Notes: a model not told the origin generated them from the sequence alone. Counted from the stretch's first letter, positions 40,199 through 50,895 are shown. The stretch: DNA of 64,000 bases from a bacterium (GCA_041946805.1 JBHGBC010000006.1:1-64000); one strand, 5' to 3'. Translations and numbers: made by a program.

Positions 40199-41416
40199 TT
40201 GCATATGCATCAGCATTCAGGTTTGATTACCGACCCCCAGCAATTGACATCGATCGTTGAAAAAATTCGGCGCGAATGCATCATCGCGCTGGATACCGAA
40301 TTCATCCGGGAAAAAACGTTTTTCCCGGTATTGGAAATCATACAGGTCGCCACGGAACGGGAATCTTGGCTGATCGACGCGGCGGCGTTTTTGCAGACCG
40401 GGGAGGGGCCGCTTTCCGCTCTCCGCCCCCTGCTGGATGTTTTGGAAGAGCCCTCCATTCTCAAGACCGTCCATGCCGCGCATGGTGACCAAGAGGCGAT
40501 CTTTCACAGTTTCGGCATCGTGGTGAAGCCCCTGTTGGATACGGCCCTGGCGGCGGCGTTGTGTGGCTATGGCGAAAGCGTGGGGCTGGGCACGCTTTTG
40601 AAATCCATGTTGCGGGTGTCCCTTAAAAAAGTCCATTCCCGGGCGCATTGGTCCCTGCGGCCCCTGCCTGCCCAATTGTTGGAATACGCCCACGCCGACG
40701 TGATTCATCTGGTGGCGTTGGGCAAGGCCTTGCTCCATAGACTCGATCAGTTGGGACGGCGGGATTGGGCGCTGGCCCTATCCCAACAATTTGAGGATCC
40801 CAACCTGTACGATACCAAGCCGGATGAGATCGCGCAACGGCTCTTCAAGGGCGGCCGGTTGTCTCCCAAGGATTATCCGGTCTTGTTGGAACTGGTCCGC
40901 TGGCGGGAACAGCGTATCCGGGAGATCAACGTCCCCCGCAAATGGCTTTCGGACGACAGCACGCTGATGAACCTGGCCGTGGCGCGTCCTCAAAACGTGG
41001 ATCAGCTACGGACGTTCCGGGGCATCTCCAAAAACGATCTTTCCCGGCAAGGGGAGGCCATTCTGGAAGCCATCCGCCGCGGAGAGCAGGGAGAAGCGCC
41101 CGAAGTGGAATCCCATGACCACCCCACGGCCGAGGAAGCGCGGGTGCTCGACCTGATCCGGGTTTATGTGAATCTTCTGGCGGATGAACACGCGGTCGCC
41201 GCCAAGTACCTGCTGGATTCCAGCCAATATTTCACCTTGCTTCAACTCAAACCGGATACACCGGAAGCACTGGTAGCCAAGGGCATCCTCACGCCCCAAG
41301 CCGCCGCCTTGATCGGCCAGGATCTGGTGGAATTTCTGCGCGGCAACCGGGCTCTCTCGATCCAGGATTCGCGTATCGCGGTCATCGGCACCGAAACCGG
41401 CCCGCCCCGCCGGTAA
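40199..41416 (+). CDS. rnd: Ribonuclease D
   Basis: ALDTEF.REKT, IQVA, HAA..D, DT.LAA, W..RPL...LEYAHADV, HRDC domain. Confidence 0.9.
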   Translation: MHMHQHSGLITDPQQLTSIVEKIRRECIIALDTEFIREKTFFPVLEIIQVATERESWLIDAAAFLQTGEGPLSALRPLLDVLEEPSILKTVHAAHGDQEAIFHSFGIVVKPLLDTALAAALCGYGESVGLGTLLKSMLRVSLKKVHSRAHWSLRPLPAQLLEYAHADVIHLVALGKALLHRLDQLGRRDWALALSQQFEDPNLYDTKPDEIAQRLFKGGRLSPKDYPVLLELVRWREQRIREINVPRKWLSDDSTLMNLAVARPQNVDQLRTFRGISKNDLSRQGEAILEAIRRGEQGEAPEVESHDHPTAEEARVLDLIRVYVNLLADEHAVAAKYLLDSSQYFTLLQLKPDTPEALVAKGILTPQAAALIGQDLVEFLRGNRALSIQDSRIAVIGTETGPPRR

Positions 41417-42137
41417 GCACCGATACCTTCCTTTTTTTCACGCCCTCCTTGTTTCCATATGTCCACTTTTTTATATGTCCTGCCATGAAAATATCCTGTC
41501 ATCCCTTTCACTTCTGGCAATGCACCGGCGGACGCCCACGCCGGCTCCTTTGACCTGGTACGGCATCCCCTCGGAGTATGACGAGGGTAACGCGTGTCCC
41601 CCTGGCGGATTCCGTGTCCCAACACGGCGGGAAGAAAGGCAAGATGCGGGCGGCGATCAGGTTGATTGGGAGGGAAAACGGCCGCCCCATCAGGGTGACT
41701 GTGTTAATCCCGGGACATCCCTGTACTGCCGGAACTGTTTCCCGGCAATCCGGGCAAATCCCTCCAAGCCCTGATCATTCCATCTTTTTTCCATTTCAAA
41801 GGACGCAAGTTTCAGGAAAGAAGGGCGCACGCGCGGATCGAACCGGTGAAGCAGGCCGTTAGGAATCACCGGGAGTTGATTTTGTACAGATTCCGGACGC
41901 GGCAGGAGTTAGCGATGGTGGAAACCGTGAAACGCAGAGTGTAATTGACCATGAAAAAGAGGGTGATTCCAGCCATTTCCGACGTTGGAAATCGCCTGGC
42001 ATCATACACTTGGAAATCTTCCCGCGCCGAAATTCACCCACCGTTTCTTGAAATGAAACAAAAAATCGAACTGGACAATGCCTCCCTTACCGGAGAACGT
42101 TTCTAGTGCAAATCGGAATAACCTAGGATCCGCCGCG

Positions 42138-43604
42138 TCAAGGGGCCGGCGGTTGCCGGATTCCGGCCAACCGCGCTTTCTCCCGCAGACGTTCCGCCGC
42201 GGGTACGGGCGATGTGAATAGGGAGCGTATCAGATTGGGATGATCCTCCAAGGCCTTCACGGCATTGAGCCATGCTTCGGGATACCTCTTGCGCATAGTC
42301 TCGGTAAGATCGAGGCCGATAGCCCAATACGCGGCGCGGGCCAATTGCGTGTCATCCACCGGCCTCGACAGACTTTTGCCGATCTCATCTTTCATGGTGG
42401 ATTGCAGTACCCGCTGTTTTTCAGCCAAGTCAGGGAGAGATTCAACCGGAATGGGATTTTCGGCCGAAATCCAGAACATCATCTGGCCGTTCTCATCCTG
42501 TTTCCGGCCCCCCTGCTCCAGGATGACTTTTCCCGCCAACTCGATCAGCCGGTTTCCATAATCCGTGATGGTCTCATTCCCTGGCATGGCGTCCCGTGTG
42601 GTGTTCCGGTACCGGTCTACAATATTCCAGCCTTGTGAGTCCAGCCACCGGCGTCCTTGGATCACGCCCACGATCGTGGCGGCGGTGGCGGCGTTGTTGT
42701 CGGCGTCCCATCCAAAGTTGAAGGCGGTGACCAGGGTCCTCACAAAATCGCCACCGCCGTAAAGCAGGGCGGCGATGGTGGATGCTGTATTCAACTCATA
42801 TCCATTCCGGTCCCGCATGGCCCCGTCATGACGGCTGTAGGTTTCCTTCACCCGTTGCCGCGTGGCGCGCCAATCCCCCGGATTTTCCGCATGCCATTCC
42901 CGCACGTCCTTCACGATCGCCCGCAAGACGCTTTTCGGGTCCAGCATGGCCAGCCCCGCGTCGAGGATTTCATCCACGTTCTGCGTGAAGAACGCCGTGG
43001 CGATCATGCCCGTGAACATTTGCGTGGCCTGGGCCGGTTCGCCTTCGATCCCGGTGTGTGTATAGTGCAGGCCGGTCCGCGCGGCGGTCTGGGGCATTCC
43101 CGGGGCGATGAGTCCAAACGCTTCGCTGAGGAACTGCCCGGAGATATTGAAATCCGACCAGGGATTGAAGGCAAAAGTGCCCGTCCAGGGGGGAACCAGC
43201 CCAATATCCATCAACCGGCGCGCATATTCATTGGCGCACCAGATGCGTGTATTGATATGGGTCTTCCATAGTTGAACGATTTCTTCTGGAGTTAAAAAAA
43301 TCTGATTGAACCGCTGCATGCCCGCGGCATAAATCCACTCGATATCCGTGTCGTCATCCGTCCACGCCCCTTCCGGGAGCGCGGGGGTGTACGCCTCCAC
43401 CGCTCCCGGTTCCGCGATATATTGCATCTCGTGAGGCAATCCGTTCAGGTTTCCGAGAATTTGACCCAGCAAGCCGCCCTGGATTTTATCGGACAGGTCA
43501 TCGGCAGAGATTTTCCACCACTTCTCATCGCTGACGGCCGGCGGATTCATCACGAATCCCGCGCCTGCCAATAATACGGCCCAGAGTATTCCCTTTTTTC
43601 TCAT
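42138..43604 (-). CDS. ADP-ribosylglycohydrolase-fold protein with signal peptide
   Basis: DKIQGGLLGQ..G, WTDDDTD, GWDADNNAATA; N-terminus MRKKGILWAVLLAGAG. Confidence 0.75.
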   Translation of the reverse strand: MRKKGILWAVLLAGAGFVMNPPAVSDEKWWKISADDLSDKIQGGLLGQILGNLNGLPHEMQYIAEPGAVEAYTPALPEGAWTDDDTDIEWIYAAGMQRFNQIFLTPEEIVQLWKTHINTRIWCANEYARRLMDIGLVPPWTGTFAFNPWSDFNISGQFLSEAFGLIAPGMPQTAARTGLHYTHTGIEGEPAQATQMFTGMIATAFFTQNVDEILDAGLAMLDPKSVLRAIVKDVREWHAENPGDWRATRQRVKETYSRHDGAMRDRNGYELNTASTIAALLYGGGDFVRTLVTAFNFGWDADNNAATAATIVGVIQGRRWLDSQGWNIVDRYRNTTRDAMPGNETITDYGNRLIELAGKVILEQGGRKQDENGQMMFWISAENPIPVESLPDLAEKQRVLQSTMKDEIGKSLSRPVDDTQLARAAYWAIGLDLTETMRKRYPEAWLNAVKALEDHPNLIRSLFTSPVPAAERLREKARLAGIRQPPAP

Positions 43605-43825
43605 CAAATCCTCCATCCGGATCAGGTGAAACTGACTCTCGAATCCCGCGCTGAGCAGGCAGACCTCTCTGGACCTTATCATGAGAGATCCAAAATAATA
43701 CCATCAAATTCTGTCTTGTCTTTCTAGGGAATATCAAGCACGGGGAGTCCTGTTCCCGGTGAAGATACGGGTAAGGAATGGATATCGCCGACGTGGGAAT
43801 CTTGATGAATCCTGGAGTGGAAAAG

Positions 43826-45439
43826 ATGAACGCTATGTCCACGAGCCTTCCCCTCACGATATACATGGCCGTAACGGTCCTCGCAATCCAGGGAGATGAG
43901 ATGCCGGTCACGATCTTGGATTTGCCTGACGCCCAGATTGCCGCTGCCTACGAGAAAGCCGCCCAAAAAAACGTGCTGGCGGCGGTGAATCCTAAGGTCT
44001 TTCCAGGATACTGGTCGGTCTGCGCGGACGGGCAAGGATTCGGCTACGGCAACACCTATCCCTCGTTGGACGGCCACCAGATGACCGACGCGCTGCTTTG
44101 GTTGGGCCAGGTCGATACCGTAAAAGCGAATTGGGACTATGTGCGTACTTTTCAGAGACCGGATGGGCAACTCCCGCTGGCGATTCTTCCGGCCAGCGCC
44201 GGCCAGCGGATCGGACCAGCATCTTGCCAGGCGCGGGTGGATGCGAATGGCGGCCTTTATCGTCACTGGGTGCCGGGCGATCCCTTGCGGGCGCTGGCCG
44301 GTCCGACTTACATCCAGAATGCCGATGCCATCTTCCGTCATACCCAGGATCGCGAGTGGCTCCTGAAGCAACTCCCGTCCGTCAACCGGGCGGCTGATTT
44401 TCTGGCATCGTTGGTTACGGCCGAGGGAGCGGTCAGGGGAGCGGGATATTACATTGAACGTCCCACGCGCGTCGAATACGATGGCGTCGCGCAGTGCCAT
44501 GCCGTGGACGCGTTCCGGCGCGTGGCCGCCTTGAACGAAATCATGGGCAACACCGAAGCCGCCCGGAAATACCGGGAATTCGCCGGCCGGATTGAATCTC
44601 ACTTCCGCATCCGTTTTTGGCTTCAGGACCGCTTTGCCGAATACATTCACCCGGAGCGCGGACTCATAGCCAATCATGGTTTGACGGACGTAGACTGGAG
44701 TGCGATCGCCCTGGGCGCCGCCAGCCCCGAGCAGATCAGCCGGCTTTGGCCTCGGCTGAAGATTGAGACACTGTTTTACTACGGCGGGATGCCCACCGGC
44801 ATCGCCACGCTTCCCCAGAACTACGAGCCGTGGGAATCCACCTACTCCGATACGATGGATCGGGCGGCCATGGGGCGCGTCTGGTACCTGGAAGCCGGGG
44901 CGCGGGCGCGTATGGGTGACAGTCAAGGCCTCGTGGACTCGATTCAACGGGTTTGTAAGGCCGGCCGGGACAAGGAGTATTATTGGCGGGAACGGTACAA
45001 CGATCTGGGCGGCTATGGCGCGGAAAAATACTGCGAATACCCTGCCAATTTGATCCGGATCGTTCAGCATTTTCTACTGGGAGTTGAGATGCGCTTGGAT
45101 GGGACGCTCGTTCTCGCTCCCACCGCGCCGGAAGAATATTGGCGGCAGGGTTTTGGACAGACTCTCGCATGGCGGGGCCGGCGCCTCCGGTACACAATGC
45201 AGCAGGAACGATTGACAGGAACCTATTTCGGCGGCCGCCAACGGTTGGGTGTACGGTTCCCGTCCGGCGGCGGCGAAACGGAGGTCCGCGTTTCCCTCGA
45301 CGGACGCGCAATTACCGCCACGCGTGAAGGCGGTTTCGTGTATGTCAATCTCCCAGCCACATCCGCGCAACAGGCATGCCGGTTTGAGATGGTTCCATCT
45401 GGGCGGCTACCCATGTCAACAAGCCGAAACCGTAGATAA
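43826..45439 (+). CDS. Putative six-hairpin glycosidase-like protein
   Basis: Long ORF; DALLWLG, D.EWL...LP.V.RAADFL, A.KYREFA.RI..F..RFW and YW.ERY patterns typical of (alpha/alpha)6 barrels. Confidence 0.5.
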   Translation: MNAMSTSLPLTIYMAVTVLAIQGDEMPVTILDLPDAQIAAAYEKAAQKNVLAAVNPKVFPGYWSVCADGQGFGYGNTYPSLDGHQMTDALLWLGQVDTVKANWDYVRTFQRPDGQLPLAILPASAGQRIGPASCQARVDANGGLYRHWVPGDPLRALAGPTYIQNADAIFRHTQDREWLLKQLPSVNRAADFLASLVTAEGAVRGAGYYIERPTRVEYDGVAQCHAVDAFRRVAALNEIMGNTEAARKYREFAGRIESHFRIRFWLQDRFAEYIHPERGLIANHGLTDVDWSAIALGAASPEQISRLWPRLKIETLFYYGGMPTGIATLPQNYEPWESTYSDTMDRAAMGRVWYLEAGARARMGDSQGLVDSIQRVCKAGRDKEYYWRERYNDLGGYGAEKYCEYPANLIRIVQHFLLGVEMRLDGTLVLAPTAPEEYWRQGFGQTLAWRGRRLRYTMQQERLTGTYFGGRQRLGVRFPSGGGETEVRVSLDGRAITATREGGFVYVNLPATSAQQACRFEMVPSGRLPMSTSRNRR

Positions 45440-45504
45440 TCAAAAGGATCTTCCGGGAAGCGCCTTCCTAATGGAGATTCTGGTATTCCATTTATTTTAT
45501 GACA

Positions 45505-45596
45505 GGGGCGGGCACCAAGGTCCGCCTCTACATAATTCCCTCACCCTACTTCTCACGCAGAGGGAGAGGGCCAGGGTGAGGGAAGCCCTGAAAGGG
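45505..45596. repeat. Modular palindromic repeat
   Basis: Same modules as 31335-31405, 8210-8260 and 63189-63245. Confidence 0.65.
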
Positions 45597-45614
45597 CGCA
45601 ATTCATCCTTTCTC

Positions 45615-45800
45615 TGCTGCCCATCGGTGTCGAGAAGCCATACGGCCTCGAAGGTTCGATCGGCTAACTGGGGATAGCGGTCCACGGCCTGGGTGCATGT
45701 CGCGCACTCAACGGCCCCGCACGTCCAGCGGGCAATCCGGCGGGACCACGCGCGGCAGAACTCGCCATCGCCATCGAACACCAGGATGGGGTTACAGAAC
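45615..45800 (-). pseudogene. DCC1/DUF393 thiol-disulfide oxidoreductase remnant
   Basis: PILVFDGDGEFCRAW...YPQL...AVWLLDTDG; first Cys of the expected DGxCxxC is Gly; homology stops at the repeat. Confidence 0.6.
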
Positions 45801-45872
45801 GTGGATTTCGGGAATGGTTCTTCGGATAAGTAACGGGGCGGAGCTCCATTTCGCATGAATTCAATGCAATAC

Positions 45873-47030
45873 TCACCGCCTTCCGGTATATGTTCCCCAC
45901 CACCATTCGGATTCGTCGTTTCCATCGTAAGTTCCTGTTATCGTATTCCCGGTGATGGTTCCATCGATGCGCGTCCGGTAGCCTTCCACGTCATTCCCGG
46001 TCACCACGAATGAGTTTCCATAAATTTTACCGGTGAAGCGGCCCATGCTGCCTTCCCGTTTGGTGATTTCCACCGTGATGTCGTTTTGATCTTGTGTAAT
46101 GTTGACCGTGGATGTATCCGGCAATAACGATTTTTTGGGGTACATTTCCTGGCTGTTGATTGTCCACTTCCCGGCGGCGTTGATGGTGGTGGTGGATTTG
46201 GTCCCCGTGAATGAGCTCCAGCCCTCCGTGCGGTCATTCTCCCAGGCATACGTTCCCGAAATGGAATTCCCGTTGACCACGCCTCCCACGAAGAAATCGT
46301 TATCCTCGTTGCCGGGGGGGAAAGAGAAAGTGAAGGTATCTCCCTCCACGTAACCCGTGAGACTGTCCGTATTGTCCGGCGTCTGGACGGTGATCTGATT
46401 TCCCGACTGGCTGAACTCGGCGATATGCACGCCATGGGTCGGCATCTTGTCCTCCCGGTATTCATCGGTCCAGGACAAGATCCAGACTCCGGTGAGATCG
46501 GCCCGCGTTCCGGGTCTTTTCAAGGTGAAAGTCCCTTGGCTGTCCGGGGATTCATACGTGCCGGTGATGGTGTCGTTGGCCCAGACTCCTTTGATGATGG
46601 CGGAATCCGGGGGGGCCGATACATAGGACGCCTGCAACGTATTGCCGGTTATGGAACCCAGATACCGTTCGCCCCGGTGCGTCATATCGATCATCTCCAA
46701 ATCCTGGCCGTTGGAATTGATTTGAAAGATGATATAGCCGTACTCTTTGGGTACGGTCGCGAGATGCGTCATTTGGAATGTGCCGATCCATGTCCCGGCG
46801 AAGCGGGGATCCGGGACAAAGGTCGGCGTGGGAACCGGGACCGGGATTTGCGTATGCCAGGCTGTCAAAAATAACGCCAGGTCCTTCGCGTCCACGATCC
46901 CATCGTTGTTGAAGTCCATCCGCGGATCCCACTGGGCATGGGAAGCGGCGGCCGGAAACAGAAACACGATCAGGATGAGCAATAGATAGATGAACGATTG
47001 ATACTGGGAAAATTTAGGCGAGTACTTCAT
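45873..47030 (-). CDS. Secreted protein: single dockerin/EF-hand-like loop, PT linker, three repeated beta-rich domains
   Basis: DFNNDGIVDAKDLALF; PVPTPT; repeats starting FAGTW / LTGVW / AAGKW; AGGAGG RBS. Confidence 0.65.
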   Translation of the reverse strand: MKYSPKFSQYQSFIYLLLILIVFLFPAAASHAQWDPRMDFNNDGIVDAKDLALFLTAWHTQIPVPVPTPTFVPDPRFAGTWIGTFQMTHLATVPKEYGYIIFQINSNGQDLEMIDMTHRGERYLGSITGNTLQASYVSAPPDSAIIKGVWANDTITGTYESPDSQGTFTLKRPGTRADLTGVWILSWTDEYREDKMPTHGVHIAEFSQSGNQITVQTPDNTDSLTGYVEGDTFTFSFPPGNEDNDFFVGGVVNGNSISGTYAWENDRTEGWSSFTGTKSTTTINAAGKWTINSQEMYPKKSLLPDTSTVNITQDQNDITVEITKREGSMGRFTGKIYGNSFVVTGNDVEGYRTRIDGTITGNTITGTYDGNDESEWWWGTYTGRR

Positions 47031-47493
47031 GGGCTTTACCTTCCCTCCTGGTTCCGTTGCCGCGCGCGATGACGGGAAGCCAACCACTCCGGCCTGATCC
47101 GGGATCGTTCCGGCAGGATGAATCGGACTGGAAATCAATCGAATGGACATAATAAACGCCATTATAGGAAGGAAGCCTGGGAATTTCTTGGGTACCCTCC
47201 AGGCTGGACGGGGGATTTCGTTGCAATACGGGCATACCGCCTGCATCGCAAATGGGATCCTGCGGGTTCCTAATGCTCCTCCTGGATCCCTGCTTTCGCG
47301 GGGATGACATCCTTATTGGACTTTTGAGGCAAGATCAGCCCAAGGGAAGAGGGGATAAGCCCCGGTTAGAGATGAAAATTTCGGCATAATGGAATGACAT
47401 GGCGTGAGGGGGGAGATGTCAACTGGCTTCCGCCCTATTCAAGGCAACATTGAAATAGCCCCGGATATAACACGGGGATAAGAACAATCTCGT

Positions 47494-50157
47494 TCAACTG
47501 TTCACCAACGTGAACGTGAGCTTGTTAGCGGTCATCCGGTAGCGCGCGCAGCCTATAGGTTGGTCCTGGTTGATCAGGGGCAGTTCGATTTTTTCACTTT
47601 GAGCAAGCACCAATTCGCCTTGCATGCCTTCCGGCAATGATAGCGTAATCCGCCGGTTGCCTGGTTTTCCCTGAGCGTGGAATTCAATCGGTCCCTGCAC
47701 GGTATAGGCGGTTAGTTTCAATTCCTCCAAGTCCGCCAGTTGGGGACGGATTTCGCACCGTTTGAATCCCGCCTCCAGAGGCTGGATGCCCGCGATGCTC
47801 ATGAAGAGGACATACACGGGGGCAACCGGGCAATGGCTCCATTGCGCGCCGGTGTCGAAGGGCGCCGACCAGTTTTCCTGCAGGGTGTTGTTGAGGATCA
47901 CGGAATTCATCGTGGCCCATTGCTCGCGCAGGTCCTTGAGGACCACATCCGTCCGGCCTTCCTTGGCCAGCGCCCACAGCCGCCAGCCGGCGTTGGCGGG
48001 ATACGAGAATCCCAGTTCCGGCGGGCATTCGATCAACGCCTGGAGGGCGTTCTGGGTGTTTCCCCCGGGGCATTGGTCGAAAAGAATAGCGGTGGCGAGG
48101 GAGCGGTCGCACATCCGGACGCCGCCCTCTTCCTCGAGCCAGGGGAGATTGTTCACATACAAACCATGGCGCGGACTCCAGAATTTCCGTACCGTGGCGG
48201 CCTGGATCCGGCGGCCCAACTGTTCGCATTGTCCCGCCAGCGCGCCGTCGTCCATGGCTTCACAGAGGGGCGCGAGAGCGTGCCGCAGCATGGCCGCCGC
48301 GTAGAGGTTGAACGCGCATTGAGTGTGCCGTTGCTTGCGGTAGGCGTCGTGATCGATCCACACGGAAGGGATGCCGATGTTTTCCACCGGCAAGAGGCCG
48401 TCCGTGTCCAGAATGCTTCTCAGGTAATCCGCGAACCGCAGCAGGCGGGGATAGGGTTCCCGCAGCGCGTCCCGGCCGCCGGTGTAGAGATAATGATGGT
48501 AGCAATCGAAGTTGAAGCCGACGCCGTGGTCCAACAGCGGCCCCCATTTGGTCAAATGCATCTGGCGTTCGAGCAGGCGCGCCAGCCGGTCCCAGGCGGG
48601 CCAGCAGTCGAGGAAATACCCGTCGAGCGTGATCCCCTGGCTGAAGGTGTTCACGTACCGCGCCGGCAGGCGGATTTCGCCGAACGCGGAGTAGAGGGCG
48701 TGCAGCTGGTGGCCGCAATCGCCGCTGTATTGTTGGCGCTCGCGGGCCATGCCGTCCACGCAGGTCTCTTGCGCGCAATTGTTCAGCGTGTTGATCGTGG
48801 CGTCGAACAGCCGTTGCAGTTTCGGTTCGGAGCATTGAATGCGTGGCTCGTTCGGCCAGGGAAAGATCCGCCGCCGGACGCCCACTCCGCGGATCCGCGC
48901 CTCGCCTTTCGCCCCGTGGATATGCAACTGGAGCCAGCGCAGGCTCTCGAAATCGAAGGTCTGGAAGTGGTTCTCACCTTCCCGGCAGATGAAGCGCGAC
49001 CAGGAATGATGATTGGTGTTGAGCAGCGCGGGGCCGCCCGGTTGGTGGGCCTCGTGCACCAACAGCTCCACCGTGGTCCCCTCCGGCGCGTGGATGGTGA
49101 AATAAGGCCAGCCCACCACCTGGTCTTCCAGTTCGAACATCAATGATGCGCCCCTAGCGCCATCCAGCTGTATGGTCAGGGTTCCGTCCGGCCCGGCCGT
49201 GTGGCAGGGAGTCCGTTCGGCCTCGAACGCGCCGGGCGTCAGGCTTTCGAAATACTCTTGCGGACTGCGCTTCCAATGAATCCAATACGACTCCGTCAAT
49301 TGCTTCACGGGAACTTCGTATTCCCTTAAGAGTGGGACGCTCCGGGGGCGGATATCGCACAGGTTCCGGTCTCCCTGGGTTTCGAACAGGTCGGAGTAGG
49401 AGGAACAAATCGTGGGTTTGTCGGAGGGGCAATCGAGTTCCATGGCGGGCAGCCAATCCGGTCCGGGGGTGAATTCCGGCCGGTCCCAGCCCTCCGGATA
49501 CAACCGGGCGTCGAATTCTTCCTGCAACGCGCGCAGATACCACCGCTTGTATTGCCCCGGCCGCCAACTCCGCGCCAGGCATGTCAGCCACGAAGGGCCG
49601 GACGCCACCAGCAGCCGGTCGCCGCCGGGCATTTCCAAATCCAACCGGAAGATGAATCCAGGCTTGCCCAACGGCCAAGTCCCATCGCCTTCGCCGTAAA
49701 AGAGAACCGTGGCGCCCAGCACTTGGGGCCCTTTTTGCATTAGGCCGGTCAGATCCACGGGATCGGCTTCCAGCCACCGGGGATCGCAGGGCGCCGGCCC
49801 CCATTGGATTCTCCGGCCGTTGAGCCGCAGTTCGTAACGGCTGTCGGCGAGAATCCACCCTGTGGCCTGGCTCGGTGTCTCGGGCAGATTGAGGGTCTGC
49901 CGGAACAGGACGAACGTATTGGGCAGGCAGCGCTCCGAGGGATACCAGATCCATTTGGCGGGCGAGAGATCCAAAGTCTGGGAAGGTTCCGGGTGGTAAG
50001 TGGACGCGGCCATCCAGGAGGTTTCTCCGGCGGTTTCCTCCGCCCGGGACGGCATGGACAGGAAGGCGGCCGCACCACCCGCTTGGGCGGAAGTGGCCAA
50101 GAAATTTCTTCGAGTGATTGTTGATTCGCGGCGGGATGGATGGTCAGGCGCAGTCAT
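47494..50157 (-). CDS. Alpha-L-rhamnosidase GH78-like, Tat-exported
   Basis: TRRNFL Tat motif; AKWIW, ADSRY.L.LNG, D...RERQQYSGD, TLQENW, SHC, IRPQL. Confidence 0.8.
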   Translation of the reverse strand: MTAPDHPSRRESTITRRNFLATSAQAGGAAAFLSMPSRAEETAGETSWMAASTYHPEPSQTLDLSPAKWIWYPSERCLPNTFVLFRQTLNLPETPSQATGWILADSRYELRLNGRRIQWGPAPCDPRWLEADPVDLTGLMQKGPQVLGATVLFYGEGDGTWPLGKPGFIFRLDLEMPGGDRLLVASGPSWLTCLARSWRPGQYKRWYLRALQEEFDARLYPEGWDRPEFTPGPDWLPAMELDCPSDKPTICSSYSDLFETQGDRNLCDIRPRSVPLLREYEVPVKQLTESYWIHWKRSPQEYFESLTPGAFEAERTPCHTAGPDGTLTIQLDGARGASLMFELEDQVVGWPYFTIHAPEGTTVELLVHEAHQPGGPALLNTNHHSWSRFICREGENHFQTFDFESLRWLQLHIHGAKGEARIRGVGVRRRIFPWPNEPRIQCSEPKLQRLFDATINTLNNCAQETCVDGMARERQQYSGDCGHQLHALYSAFGEIRLPARYVNTFSQGITLDGYFLDCWPAWDRLARLLERQMHLTKWGPLLDHGVGFNFDCYHHYLYTGGRDALREPYPRLLRFADYLRSILDTDGLLPVENIGIPSVWIDHDAYRKQRHTQCAFNLYAAAMLRHALAPLCEAMDDGALAGQCEQLGRRIQAATVRKFWSPRHGLYVNNLPWLEEEGGVRMCDRSLATAILFDQCPGGNTQNALQALIECPPELGFSYPANAGWRLWALAKEGRTDVVLKDLREQWATMNSVILNNTLQENWSAPFDTGAQWSHCPVAPVYVLFMSIAGIQPLEAGFKRCEIRPQLADLEELKLTAYTVQGPIEFHAQGKPGNRRITLSLPEGMQGELVLAQSEKIELPLINQDQPIGCARYRMTANKLTFTLVNS

Positions 50158-50202
50158 GGTTTTCTCCCCGGTGAAAATGGAAAGGCGAGCCGTGTTTTAT
50201 CG

Positions 50203-50895
50203 CTACGCCGCCACCAGGGAGGATACCCGTTCGTTCAATGGGCCGATGAATTCCGCCTTGGTTTTGGCTTGCCGGAGATTGTGCATGAGTTGGTTATCCC
50301 GCGCCAGGGTGGACATGGTCGACAACAGCTGGAGGTGCAACCGGTTCCGGGGAGAACAAAGTAAGAAGACCAGGTCGACCGGCCGGCCGTCGACCGCGTG
50401 AAAATCCACGGGGGGTCGGAGACGGGCGCTGACCACGAGGGGAACCCGAAAGAGATCGTTGATGGGATGCCAGGCGTGGGGCAGAGCCACGCCCCGTCCC
50501 AGGCCGGTAGTGGAAAACGCCTCCCTCTCGAGGATGGCTTGGAGGAAAGTGGATTTGAGCAGGAGATGGCCGGTATCCGCGAGTATGTCCACCATGCGTT
50601 CCAGGACTTCCCCGGATTGCTTGGCTTGCAGGTCCAACCAAATCCGGGATTCGGAAAAGATCTGGAATTCTTCGTCACGGTTCCAGGGAGATTCCAATTC
50701 CTGGTTTCCATGAACGGCTTTTTCCCCGCCATTGAGAAACCAGGCTTCCAGCAGGGAGGGGTGGAACCGCCATTGGTTGCCCACCTTGGCGGCGGGGATT
50801 TTTTCCGTCTGAATGAGCCTGTGAATCGTCCGCTCATTGACTTGCAAGAGCTCGCTGACTTCCCGGATGGTCAATAGCTTGTCCAAGGCCGTCAC
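50203..50895 (-). CDS. Excisionase-type HTH fused to PTS EIIA (PtsN-like)
   Basis: LLTIREVSELLQV..TI.RL...IPA.KVG.QWRF; ERE..STTGLGRGVALPH; DF.AVDG.PV.LVF. Confidence 0.88.
   Translation of the reverse strand: MTALDKLLTIREVSELLQVNERTIHRLIQTEKIPAAKVGNQWRFHPSLLEAWFLNGGEKAVHGNQELESPWNRDEEFQIFSESRIWLDLQAKQSGEVLERMVDILADTGHLLLKSTFLQAILEREAFSTTGLGRGVALPHAWHPINDLFRVPLVVSARLRPPVDFHAVDGRPVDLVFLLCSPRNRLHLQLLSTMSTLARDNQLMHNLRQAKTKAEFIGPLNERVSSLVAA

Noticed and set aside
41420..42130. 700-bp gap with short ORFs between convergent genes
   Set aside because: No family motif, RBS or RNA consensus that I could support
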